Source: Chthoniobacterales bacterium (lineage in GTDB: Bacteria > Verrucomicrobiota > Verrucomicrobiia > Chthoniobacterales > JAATET01). From it: a DNA stretch of 64,000 nt. A program made the position numbers and the translations under genes. Shown here in pieces: positions 32,418 to 40,980 of this stretch (its first letter is position 1; each line of letters begins with the position of its first letter). The stretch lies in the NCBI GenBank assembly GCA_041748215.1, contig JBGTDR010000151.1, forward strand, positions 8,620 through 72,619, in the 5' to 3' direction. The notes beneath the pieces are model-generated. The model ran no database searches, was not told where the DNA came from, and worked only from the letters and a program-made list of their open reading frames with translations.

Positions 32418-32690
32418 GCGGTGGGAGGGATCGACGAACGATTCGGGCTTATCACGAAAAGAGGATAGGAGCCTTTATCGCAGAAGCAATTTTTGGCCTC
32501 CGAGGAGACATCGAACGGAATGGGGTCACGACTTGGCATTAAAGATTGGCCGCCCTGATTACCGCGGATTTCTGCTTTCCGATTAGCTCAATCTTGCCGC
32601 TGAGTATCGCCATGTACTGAAGCGAAGACGGCGTGACTTTCGCTTCTTGAGCCTGCAACGACGGCGGAGCCGCCAGAATGCTGATCAGGG

Positions 32691-33032
32691 TCAGGAGACC
32701 TTTTCGCCCTCTTCCTTGCCGTCGCGGAGTACGGTGACGACGCTGCCGCGGTCGAATTCGATCTTCACGTTGTCGGCGACGCGGACAATGACGGTGCGGT
32801 CCTTGACGTTGGTGATCGTGCCGTGGATGCCTGCGTTCGTGACCACGCGGTCGCCCGACTGGAGAGACGTGATCAGCTTCTGGTGCTCTTTCTGTTTCTT
32901 CTGCTGCGGGCGGATGAGCAGGAAATAAAAGATCACGAAAATGAAGACCAGCGGCATGAACTGCAGCAAGGGATTGGGGGCCGGAGCGCCCGGTGCGGCC
33001 TGGGCAAAAAGAAGGAGATCAGTCACGTTCAT
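32691..33032 (-). CDS. yajC: Preprotein translocase subunit YajC
   Basis: 113 aa with one TM segment, then LIRPQQKKQKEHQKLITSLQSGDRVVTNAGIHGTI. Confidence 0.85.
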   Translation of the reverse strand: MNVTDLLLFAQAAPGAPAPNPLLQFMPLVFIFVIFYFLLIRPQQKKQKEHQKLITSLQSGDRVVTNAGIHGTITNVKDRTVIVRVADNVKIEFDRGSVVTVLRDGKEEGEKVS

Positions 33033-33173
33033 AAGTCGGCGCGGACGCTAGGCCATGGTCCGCCGCCAAGTCCAAGAAATTCGCCCAACCCCCTCCCCGG
33101 TCCGGCGATCCGTCTGATCCGGGAAAACGATCTCCGCCGGTTCCGTGACTGCGGATGAACGCGAGCCGACAGA

Positions 33174-34556
33174 TCAGGCCGGACCGGGCGACGGGGAATC
33201 TTCCCGCCGGAGAAAGTTTTCGGCGAGGGCTTCGTACAGGGCGACGGGGCAGACGCGGCGGGAGGCCTCGTATGCGATGATCGCAGCCGCCGCGAGCGGC
33301 AGCGTGAAGGCGACCATCCCCGTCATTTCGACCAGTATGATAAATGACGTCATCGGGCTCTGAACCACTCCTGAAAAATAGGCGACGATGAAGAGAAGAA
33401 CGACCGCCTGGAACGAAACGCCGGTCCACGCCAGCCACGGCGCGGAGATTTTCCCGAGGCCGGCACCGACCGAAAACGAAGGATCGAAAAGCCCGCCGGG
33501 AATTCCCGTCAGGAGCACCAGCAGCGAGGCCGCGGCCCGCATGAACGGGTATTCGGGGCCGATGGTGGGTTCGAGCGCGGCGATCGCGGCCTGCTCGTCG
33601 GCGGGGAGTGTGGCGAGATACTCCGGGCTGCCCTGGACGACGAGAGCACGGGCGGCATCGTAACCGCTGCCCAGCGTGAGCCCACCCGATCCGACGGCAA
33701 GCGCGGCCGAGAGCAGGCCGAAAACCAGGGCAATCACCCAGAAGCGAAGGCGAATCTGCCGCGAGACCATCGGCATGAGCCAGAGGAGCAGACTGGAAAA
33801 CAGACCGCCGAGAAATCCGCCCGCGAGACCGATCAGGACGACGGCAATCCACGGACCCGGCTGTAAAAATTCTCGCGGCAGGAGACCGCCGTCGAGTTGG
33901 CCGTAGAAAAAATAGTTCCCGAGAAAAACCATCGTGACCAGACAGGCGACCAACACAGTTCGCACGAGCGTGCCCATGTTTTCCTTTTCGAAAGAACGCC
34001 CGATCTCTTCGCACGTGAACACGATTCCAGCGATCGGAGCGTTGAATGCCGCGGCGATGCCAGCAGCGCCGCCCCCGAGAATGAGACCACGATTCACGAG
34101 GTGGGCAGGAAATTTCGCCCACCGGCTGACGAGATGCATGAAGCACGCGCCGAGCTGCACCGACGGGCCTTCGCGGCCGATGGAGAGAAACGAAAATAAC
34201 CCCATCGTGGTGAGCACGAGTTTTCCGAAGGCGACGCGCAGCGAGAGCAATTGATCGCGTTCCCGTCCTGGTCCCAGCTTGAGCGCGGCAATCGTCTGCG
34301 GGATGCCCGTACCGTCGGTCCCTTGAAAAAAGTTGTCGCGCAGGTAGAGGATGAGCCCAAGCCCGAGCGGCATGATCACAAAAAATGCCCACGGGGAAAA
34401 CGTCCACACGACGGCGCTGAGCTCGTTTGCGCGGTCCTCGACGAGGGCAAAATACAGAGCGCCGAGACCGGCAAAAACTGCCCCGATCAGCGCGGCGACC
34501 AGCGGCCACCAGCGTTCCGTCCACCCCCCCGCGCGCGTCTCGACTGCCTTTGCCAT
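33174..34556 (-). CDS. ClC-family chloride channel / H+-Cl- antiporter
   Basis: GREGPSVQLGA and GIPGGLFDPS ClC selectivity-filter motifs. The ATG at 34556 avoids overlap with the upstream Usp gene, whereas the ORF-track start at 34670 overlaps it. Confidence 0.85.
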   Translation of the reverse strand: MAKAVETRAGGWTERWWPLVAALIGAVFAGLGALYFALVEDRANELSAVVWTFSPWAFFVIMPLGLGLILYLRDNFFQGTDGTGIPQTIAALKLGPGRERDQLLSLRVAFGKLVLTTMGLFSFLSIGREGPSVQLGACFMHLVSRWAKFPAHLVNRGLILGGGAAGIAAAFNAPIAGIVFTCEEIGRSFEKENMGTLVRTVLVACLVTMVFLGNYFFYGQLDGGLLPREFLQPGPWIAVVLIGLAGGFLGGLFSSLLLWLMPMVSRQIRLRFWVIALVFGLLSAALAVGSGGLTLGSGYDAARALVVQGSPEYLATLPADEQAAIAALEPTIGPEYPFMRAAASLLVLLTGIPGGLFDPSFSVGAGLGKISAPWLAWTGVSFQAVVLLFIVAYFSGVVQSPMTSFIILVEMTGMVAFTLPLAAAAIIAYEASRRVCPVALYEALAENFLRREDSPSPGPA

Positions 34557-34615
34557 TGGAGCCGCATGGTGTCCCACCGACCTGCAAAATGACAAGAGCC
34601 GCCTGCGGGCGCGAT

Positions 34616-35431
34616 TCAGTCTTTGCGGGTCAGCAACAAAACATTGGATGGAATCACCTGGAGCAGCCAATCCATGTGGGGCGGCAGGACGCGCGCTCCG
34701 TTGTCCTGCCGGGCGATCACGATGAGGAAATCCACGTTGGAATCCTGAACGAAATCACAGACGGCAAATCCGGTATTGGAGCGAATCACGCGGACGTCGA
34801 CCGCGCCGGTGAAACCCGAGGCCTGGTCGACAATCTCGGCGAGCCGATCCTCTGGTGAACGCGCGGGTTCCTTGCGGGCGGCTGCTTTGGCTTCATCGAA
34901 TGGCGTGACGACCGCGATGAAAACCAACTCCGCAGCACCGAGGCAGGTGGCAATTTCGCAGGCGCGGGTGAGCGAGTCCACCGAGGCATCGTCGAGATCG
35001 ACCTCGACCGCGATCACGGACGATGCGGTCACGGTTTCGTCGGGTTTCGGAATCAAAAGGAGGTCGCACGGGGCGTGCTGGAGCAAATCCCGCGCGACTC
35101 CGCCGATGAAGTTCCGGTGTTCGGTTTCGCGCTCGAGCGCCCCGGCCAGCAGGAGATCGACCTGGTGCATTTGGCACGCCGCAACGATTGCCGCGGACGG
35201 CTGCTGGCCCTGAGCTGGATCGCTCCAGAGCACCGGGGTCGGTAGATCGCGCCGGAGTTGCGCCAGCGCGGCGTCGAATCGAGCCGCGCGCTCGGCATCT
35301 TCCGACGCCGCGTGCACGATGCTCAAAGGCCCGGCAAAGCGCCGCGCGATCCGATCCGCCTCCGCCAGCACGGCCAGAAACCGCGGCGAAAATGTCGAGG
35401 CAACACCAATGTGGCGATAGGCAGGCGGCAT
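34616..35431 (-). CDS. Universal stress protein (tandem Usp domains)
   Basis: Two Usp-like halves (LSIVHAA...DLLLAGA, ELVFIAVV...DFLIVIAR). ATG at 35431, and the track start at 35440 is a TTG. Confidence 0.7.
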   Translation of the reverse strand: MPPAYRHIGVASTFSPRFLAVLAEADRIARRFAGPLSIVHAASEDAERAARFDAALAQLRRDLPTPVLWSDPAQGQQPSAAIVAACQMHQVDLLLAGALERETEHRNFIGGVARDLLQHAPCDLLLIPKPDETVTASSVIAVEVDLDDASVDSLTRACEIATCLGAAELVFIAVVTPFDEAKAAARKEPARSPEDRLAEIVDQASGFTGAVDVRVIRSNTGFAVCDFVQDSNVDFLIVIARQDNGARVLPPHMDWLLQVIPSNVLLLTRKD

Positions 35432-35528
35432 GGAAATCAAGAGACCAGAAGCATGTAAGGCCGCGGCCGCGCGGCGTCATCCGAAATTCCGGAAGATGCG
35501 TGCGATTTCCCGCGGAAATTGCGGCGAC

Positions 35529-37082
35529 CTACACTCCCGACGATTCGAAACGGCGCGCCATCAAATCTTTGAGCGCAACCTCCCGATTGATCGCGTTGAG
35601 GTATGCGCGCGCGCTGGCTTCGATCACGTCCGTGCTTGCGCCTTTGCCGGTGATGAGTTCGCCGTCGCCGAAATCGATCTTCACGGTCACCTCACCCAAC
35701 GAATCGCGTCCCTGCGTGACAGCCTCAACCTGGTAGGACGCCAGGGTTCCGTTGCGATTCACGATGCGATCAATGGCCTGCATCGCGGCATCAACCGCGC
35801 CGTTTCCGGGACTGGAATCCTGAAATGTCTGGCCGCCCAGGCTCAGGCGAATTGTCGCAGTCGGCACGGTCGTCGAGCCGCTGGTCACGTGAATGTATTC
35901 CAGCGCGTACGTCTCGTTGGTATTGCCGATGGAGTCATCGACCAGTGCCGACAGGTCGTCGTCGTACACGAATTTTTTCTTGTCGCCGACTTCCTTGAAT
36001 CGAGTGAACACGGCGCCGATCTCGTCGTCGGTCAGGTGAAATCCGAGGTGCTCCAGCCGCGCGGCCATGGCGTGGCGGCCGCTATGTTTGGTCAGCGGCA
36101 ATTCCGTCCCGCCCCAGCCGACCTCCTCGGGATCCATGATTTCATACGTTTCGCGTTTTTTGAGGATGCCGTCCTGGTGAATGCCCGAGCTGTGCGCGAA
36201 AGCATTTTCGCCGACGATGGCCTTGCTTCGGGCGACCTGCAGACCGCTCATCCGGGCGATCAGGCGCGACGCTTTCAAAATTTCGCGGGTCACGACGCCG
36301 GTGTGCAGATCACCAAAAAAGTCGGGCCGCGTTTTGATGGCCATCACAACTTCCTCGAGCGCGCAATTCCCGGCGCGTTCACCGATGCCGTTGAACGTGC
36401 CCTCGACCTGACGCGCTCCAGCTTTGATGGCGGCCAGGGAATTCGCCACCGCCAGGCCCAGATCGTCGTGGCAATGCACGCTGATGATCGCGTCGTCGAT
36501 GTTGCGCACGTTCGCGCGCAGTCCGCCGATCAGGGCGGCGTATTGCTCGGGGACCGCGTAGCCAACCGTGTCCGGAATGTTCACCGTCGTTGCACCCGCC
36601 TCGATGGCGGCCTCAACGACACGCGCGAGAAATTCAGGCTCTGTGCGGGACGCGTCTTCGGGCGAAAATTCCACGTCTTTCACCAACGCCTTTGCCCGTT
36701 TCACGCTCTCAACGGCCATGCGCAGAATCTCGTCCTCCGCTTTCTTCAACTTGAATTCACGGTGAATCGCCGAAGTGGCCAGGAAAACGTGAATGCGCCC
36801 ACGGTCGCCAGCGGCTTTTACGGCCGCACCGGCGGCATCGATGTCTTTGGGAACGCAGCGCGCCAGGCCGCAGATCACCGGCCCGCGGATCTCTTCAGCA
36901 ATGAGGCGCACGGCTTCGAAGTCGCCGTCACTGATGACCGGGAATCCGGCTTCGATGACGTCGACGTTCAGCCGCGCGAGCTGGCGGGCGACCTCCATTT
37001 TTTCCCGCAAATTCATGGATGCGCCCGGGCATTGTTCGCCGTCGCGCAGGGTGGTATCGAAAATCAGAACGTGGTCGGACAT
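35529..37082 (-). CDS. leuA: 2-isopropylmalate synthase
   Basis: 517 aa with DTTLRDGEQ and HCHDDLGLAVANS motifs and a C-terminal LeuA dimerisation/regulatory domain. Confidence 0.92.
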   Translation of the reverse strand: MSDHVLIFDTTLRDGEQCPGASMNLREKMEVARQLARLNVDVIEAGFPVISDGDFEAVRLIAEEIRGPVICGLARCVPKDIDAAGAAVKAAGDRGRIHVFLATSAIHREFKLKKAEDEILRMAVESVKRAKALVKDVEFSPEDASRTEPEFLARVVEAAIEAGATTVNIPDTVGYAVPEQYAALIGGLRANVRNIDDAIISVHCHDDLGLAVANSLAAIKAGARQVEGTFNGIGERAGNCALEEVVMAIKTRPDFFGDLHTGVVTREILKASRLIARMSGLQVARSKAIVGENAFAHSSGIHQDGILKKRETYEIMDPEEVGWGGTELPLTKHSGRHAMAARLEHLGFHLTDDEIGAVFTRFKEVGDKKKFVYDDDLSALVDDSIGNTNETYALEYIHVTSGSTTVPTATIRLSLGGQTFQDSSPGNGAVDAAMQAIDRIVNRNGTLASYQVEAVTQGRDSLGEVTVKIDFGDGELITGKGASTDVIEASARAYLNAINREVALKDLMARRFESSGV

Positions 37083-37327
37083 GGTGATGGATGGTTTTTC
37101 CGGCGGAGGAAAAATTGGGGATCACGGCCGCAGCCGCGTCGCCGGATCGCAGCACTGCCAGGGGAAAATCAGGAAAGGAGAAGGCCAAGTCGGTTCGGGA
37201 GCAACCCGAGTCGAGCGACGTGCAGCGAGGCGCGTGAGCAAATGGCCATGGAAATGAGTTAGGACGCGCCAGCCGGGAAGTCAAGGGGCCGGATGGCACG
37301 GCCCCACGGCGCGATCGCGCTGCGGCA

Positions 37328-39562
37328 TCACGCGAGTGCGGTGTAACTCAGGCAAGCGACCTCCTCGAGCGTCGTCTGGCCGTCGAGAATCTGGATCAGA
37401 CCTTCCTGGTAAAGCGTGAGCACACCTTCGCGGACGGCGACCTCGCGCATCCGACTCTGCGGAGCATTTTGCGCGATGAGGTCGGCCAGCTCGGACGAGA
37501 TCGGGCACATTTCCATCAGCGCAATGCGACCGGCGTATCCGGTGTCGTGGCAATCGGGGCAGCCGGATTTGGCGAAAATCATGGTCTGATCCGGCGGGAT
37601 TGGGACAAGGTTACGCGTGAAGATGTTGCGTTCATCTTCGGTGATGGCGGTCGGGCGTTTGCAATAGTTGCACAGCCGCCGCACGAGGCGCTGGGCCTGG
37701 GAGAGCGCGAGGGAATCAGCCAGCAAATACGGTGGCACGCCCATCGAGATGAGCCGGGAAATGGCGCGCAGTGAATCGTTGGCGTGCAGGGTGGTGAGCA
37801 CGAGGTGACCGGTGAGGGCTGAATTCACCGCGGCGGAAGCCGTTTCGGCGTCGCGCGATTCGCCGATCAGAATCACGTCCGGATCAGCGCGCAGGATGCG
37901 GCGCAGACCCTCGGCGAAATTGATACCGTTGATCGGATCGGTCTGCGTCTGGTTGATGCCCTCGATCTCGTACTCGATCGGATCTTCCACGGTGTGGATG
38001 TTGATCGAATCGCGATTGATGCTGTTGATGAACGCGTAAAGCGACGTCGTTTTGCCGCTGCCGGTGGGTCCGGTGACCAGAATCAGCCCCTGATCACGCC
38101 CGAGAGCATTGGCGACGATTCCCGATTGGCGGGGAGTCAGGTTCAGCTCGCTGAGCTGGCGCACACCGTCCTTTTTATCGAGGAAACGAATGGTGATCTT
38201 TTGGAGATCCTTGCGGCACGGGATGGCGGAAACGCGGCAATCGACGCGGCGTTTGCCGATGCTCATGCTGAAACGCCCGTCCTCGGCGGCCTGCCGCCGC
38301 TGCCCCATGTTCGAATAATTTTTGATGAGGCTGATGTAGCGCGGGAGGGATTCCTCGGAGCAGGAATGGATCACGCGAAGTTCGCCATCGACGCGCACGC
38401 GGAACCGCGCCGTGTTGTAAAATTTTTCGACGTGAAGGTCGCTGGCGCGGAGCGAGACGGCGCGGTAGAGCACCCAATGCACGATTTGCTCAGGTGTGGT
38501 GTTGATGCCCGAGGGATTGACGCGGCTCATCTCGGCAGCGTCGATTTCGACGAGCGCGCCGGTGTCGGAATAGGTGAGGTCGCCGGACTCGACGATGGTG
38601 GAGGCCGTCGCCGCGTTGCCGCGATTGCGGTTGATGGTCTCGGTGATGCGCTCGGGATCCGCGAGGACCATCGTAAACTTCACGTCGTCCTGCCCGGTCG
38701 AAGCCCACTCGTCTTCGAACGCGTAGCTGGAGCGGTCCGGCGAAAGCAGGAAGACGTGCTGCCGCCCGCAATAGAGCGGATAGACGTTGTGTTTCTCGAG
38801 GATCGCGTCGGGGAAATACGACTGCGCCGGAGCAAACTCCGGGTTAAAACACGGCTGGCCGGTGGCGGAGTGGAAAAAGGCTACGCCGTAATCACGTGGC
38901 AGAATCTTGAACGTGGCGGGATCGTAGCCATCGTTCTCTCCCAAAACAGCTTCCGCTGCACGCAGGAGTCCCGCCTCCTCTTCGGTGAAGGGATAATGCT
39001 CGAGCATCCAGCGAGCCATCGCGAGCGGACCGGCTCCGCGCGGCGGCTCCGGGCTGTATTCCACGGGATTTGACATCGGCAGTGCGCCAAACGAAAGCCG
39101 CGCCAGAATGTCGGCGCGCAGGACCTCGTATTGGTCCCGTTTGACGAGCACGGGCATAAAAAGCCAGCGCGGGATGCCCCACGCCTCCCGGGCCGACGGA
39201 TCGAAATGGGCGCAAATCAGGATCGGGCCAATCGTGCCGAGCGGAAGCCACGGATTGGATTCGTCGGTCGCCCGCGCGAGTCGGCGGAAAATCGTTTCCG
39301 CCCGTGTCGGGCACGACGCGCGCGGGCAGTCGAGCGGCACAAGATCGCTTTGTTCCGCCAGCCATTCGAGTGACGCCTCGATCGGCACGTCATTCGTCTG
39401 GGCCACGAGCTCGTCGACATTCTCCCAATCGGTCAACGGCTGGAGCGGCACACGCAGATTGCGGCTCCGGAGCCACTCCGCCAGCCCATCGGGATGCCAG
39501 CCGCCTTCGCTCTGGACATCGGAGGATGCCACGGCGGGTCCGGGGGCAGCATGGCCAATCAC
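37328..39562 (-). CDS. GspE/PilB-family type IV filament assembly ATPase with extended (~370 aa) N-terminal region
   Basis: ASDLHVE, Walker A GPTGSGKTT, Walker B ADPDVILIGESRD, His box GHLVLTTLHAN and a tetracysteine CNYC...CPDC. The start is placed at GTG 39562, 3 nt after the upstream pilin stop. Confidence 0.85.
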   Translation of the reverse strand: MIGHAAPGPAVASSDVQSEGGWHPDGLAEWLRSRNLRVPLQPLTDWENVDELVAQTNDVPIEASLEWLAEQSDLVPLDCPRASCPTRAETIFRRLARATDESNPWLPLGTIGPILICAHFDPSAREAWGIPRWLFMPVLVKRDQYEVLRADILARLSFGALPMSNPVEYSPEPPRGAGPLAMARWMLEHYPFTEEEAGLLRAAEAVLGENDGYDPATFKILPRDYGVAFFHSATGQPCFNPEFAPAQSYFPDAILEKHNVYPLYCGRQHVFLLSPDRSSYAFEDEWASTGQDDVKFTMVLADPERITETINRNRGNAATASTIVESGDLTYSDTGALVEIDAAEMSRVNPSGINTTPEQIVHWVLYRAVSLRASDLHVEKFYNTARFRVRVDGELRVIHSCSEESLPRYISLIKNYSNMGQRRQAAEDGRFSMSIGKRRVDCRVSAIPCRKDLQKITIRFLDKKDGVRQLSELNLTPRQSGIVANALGRDQGLILVTGPTGSGKTTSLYAFINSINRDSINIHTVEDPIEYEIEGINQTQTDPINGINFAEGLRRILRADPDVILIGESRDAETASAAVNSALTGHLVLTTLHANDSLRAISRLISMGVPPYLLADSLALSQAQRLVRRLCNYCKRPTAITEDERNIFTRNLVPIPPDQTMIFAKSGCPDCHDTGYAGRIALMEMCPISSELADLIAQNAPQSRMREVAVREGVLTLYQEGLIQILDGQTTLEEVACLSYTALA

Positions 39563-39564
39563 GG

Positions 39565-39978
39565 TCAGTTTTCGATCACGAGCCCGGCACCACTCGTGCC
39601 GGGCGGGGTAAGGGTGAAAAAATCGCCCGACCACGTCATGCGGAATGTGTCGGTCGCACTCGATGTGGTCGTGGAAAATTCCGCCGGCACGTACGGCGAG
39701 CCCGGGATGCTTTCGTCCCGGGTCGTAAGCAGCGCGAGGACTTCCAGTTCGTCGGCCGCACCGGACGCCGCCGCAACGGGAATCTTTTCTGCCGATTGGT
39801 TGTAAGAAGCCACCCCGCGATTGAGCAGCGCCATGGCGTCGGATGTCAAGACACGCCGCGAATGGTCGATCACTCCGCCAAACCGCGGCACCGCAATCGC
39901 AATGAGAAATCCGAGGATCGCCATTGTCACCACCAGCTCAACCAGTGACATCCCGCGGCGATGGAAAAACGGATTCAT
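39565..39978 (-). CDS. Prepilin-type N-terminal cleavage/methylation domain protein (pseudopilin D)
   Basis: MNPFFHRRG|MSLVELVVTMAILGFLIAIAVP gives a class III signal with Gly-1 and Glu+5. Confidence 0.7.
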   Translation of the reverse strand: MNPFFHRRGMSLVELVVTMAILGFLIAIAVPRFGGVIDHSRRVLTSDAMALLNRGVASYNQSAEKIPVAAASGAADELEVLALLTTRDESIPGSPYVPAEFSTTTSSATDTFRMTWSGDFFTLTPPGTSGAGLVIEN

Positions 39979-39988
39979 ATCGGGTAAC

Positions 39989-40408
39989 TCAATAATCGAT
40001 CGCGCCAGCCGGCCCGGCGAGACCGACTTTCGTCAGCGGTGGGCTCATCGCAGTGGGCAGGCTGAGGGAATATCCCGAGGGCAGGTAATCGGAAAACGAA
40101 TCCGGGGCGAAGGCGAGGTAAGCGGCGAGTTTGTCGTAGCGTGCCTCGTCGTTAGCTGCTCCAGCCCATTGGGTTCCCGCGGCAGACCCGTAAGCCTGAA
40201 CAAACGAAGCCATCGCGAGGTTGATGGCCTCCGCCCGGGCGATGGCGAGGTTTTCCTCACTGTCCTGCTTCACGCGAACAATGTTCGGGATCGCCAGAAA
40301 AACGATCACGCCGATCAACGCCACCGCGGCGAGAACCTCGACCAGAGAAAACGCACGGCCACGGAACGTTGAACACTGGATGTTGGAAGTTGAACGTTGG
40401 GAGTTCAC
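39989..40408 (-). CDS. Prepilin-type N-terminal domain protein (pseudopilin C)
   Basis: ...FRGRA|FSLVEVLAAVALIGVIVFLAIPN. GTG 40408 overlaps the upstream stop (GTGA), and GTG 40444 is the alternative start. Confidence 0.65.
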   Translation of the reverse strand: MNSQRSTSNIQCSTFRGRAFSLVEVLAAVALIGVIVFLAIPNIVRVKQDSEENLAIARAEAINLAMASFVQAYGSAAGTQWAGAANDEARYDKLAAYLAFAPDSFSDYLPSGYSLSLPTAMSPPLTKVGLAGPAGAIDY

Positions 40409-40409
40409 T
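40368..40409. repeat. Degenerate heptamer array (GTTGRRN x6) inside the leader-coding 5' end of pseudopilin C
   Basis: gttgaac actggat gttggaa gttgaac gttggga gttcact. It shares gttggaagttga and gttgaacgttggg with the array at 62888-62946. Confidence 0.7.
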
Positions 40410-40902
40410 GGAGTTCGACCTTGGGATAGGTGTTGGTACCCCACGCTGAGAAGGTCACGTATTCGCCGTTTTTCGCCATGGCTTCGCTGCGGACCTGATT
40501 GGCGTTGGTCGTGTTGCCCACGAAATGCTGATACGTCGCCTCGTCAAGATAAGGACTCACCAACGCCAGCTTGGCCGCACCGGTCGCCGCGGCTGCGTAA
40601 GCCCCGCGAGTGCCCGCCACACTGCCCTGCCCGGACATCTGTTTTGACGCCCAATTGTTGAGCGCCTCCTGGAGCACGGCCTGCTGCTGACGCGCCAGCA
40701 CCGCTCGCGCGTCCTGCGCCGCATTCGTAAACGACGCAATCACCATCGAAACCATAATCCCAATGATCGAGATCGTGATGAGCAACTCGATGAGCGAAAA
40801 TGCGGCGCGGGCGGGATGAGAGCGCGTGCCTTCGGCTCGCGGGATGGAACGAACCGGGACGGGACGTCCCAGCTCCCTTGGGTTCAGTTGGCGTGGCTTC
40901 AT
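40405..40902 (-). CDS. Prepilin-type N-terminal domain protein (pseudopilin B, 34-aa leader)
   Basis: MKPRQLNPRELGRPVPVRSIPRAEGTRSHPARAA|FSLIELLITISIIGIMV. Confidence 0.7.
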   Translation of the reverse strand: MKPRQLNPRELGRPVPVRSIPRAEGTRSHPARAAFSLIELLITISIIGIMVSMVIASFTNAAQDARAVLARQQQAVLQEALNNWASKQMSGQGSVAGTRGAYAAAATGAAKLALVSPYLDEATYQHFVGNTTNANQVRSEAMAKNGEYVTFSAWGTNTYPKVELQ

Positions 40903-40919
40903 CGCGATTCCTTCGGGTC

Positions 40920-40954
40920 AAAAAACAAGCTCCGGCGTCCCCGCCGGAGCTTGT
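40920..40954 (-). terminator. Rho-independent terminator directly after the putative major pilin gene
   Basis: 13-bp perfect stem acaagctccggcg / cgccggagcttgt (40925-40954) with loop tccc. On the minus strand it is followed by a U-run (A-run 40920-40924 on plus). Confidence 0.7.
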
Positions 40955-40980
40955 ATGCGCTGCAACAGAGAGTGTGAGGA

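Noticed and set aside
33019-34587. 522-aa minus-strand ORF (Arg-rich)
   Set aside because: It is an alternate frame of the ClC channel gene, which carries the GREGP and GxPGGxFxP signatures. The composition, with extreme Arg/Pro/Gly content, marks it as non-coding.
34557-34615. Fluoride (crcB-motif) riboswitch in front of the ClC gene
   Set aside because: The 59-nt spacer shows none of the conserved riboswitch segments. The ClC has a standard GREGP filter rather than an obvious ClC-F variant.
35430-37262. 610-aa plus-strand ORF
   Set aside because: It is antisense to leuA and has no motifs, so it is a high-GC artefact.
37083-37327. Leucine leader peptide or attenuator upstream of leuA
   Set aside because: There is no short ORF with consecutive Leu codons. 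I saw only a weak AU-rich hairpin (tttttcc/ggaaaaa) near the start and a GC hairpin (37285-37305) that more likely ends the upstream ATPase gene.
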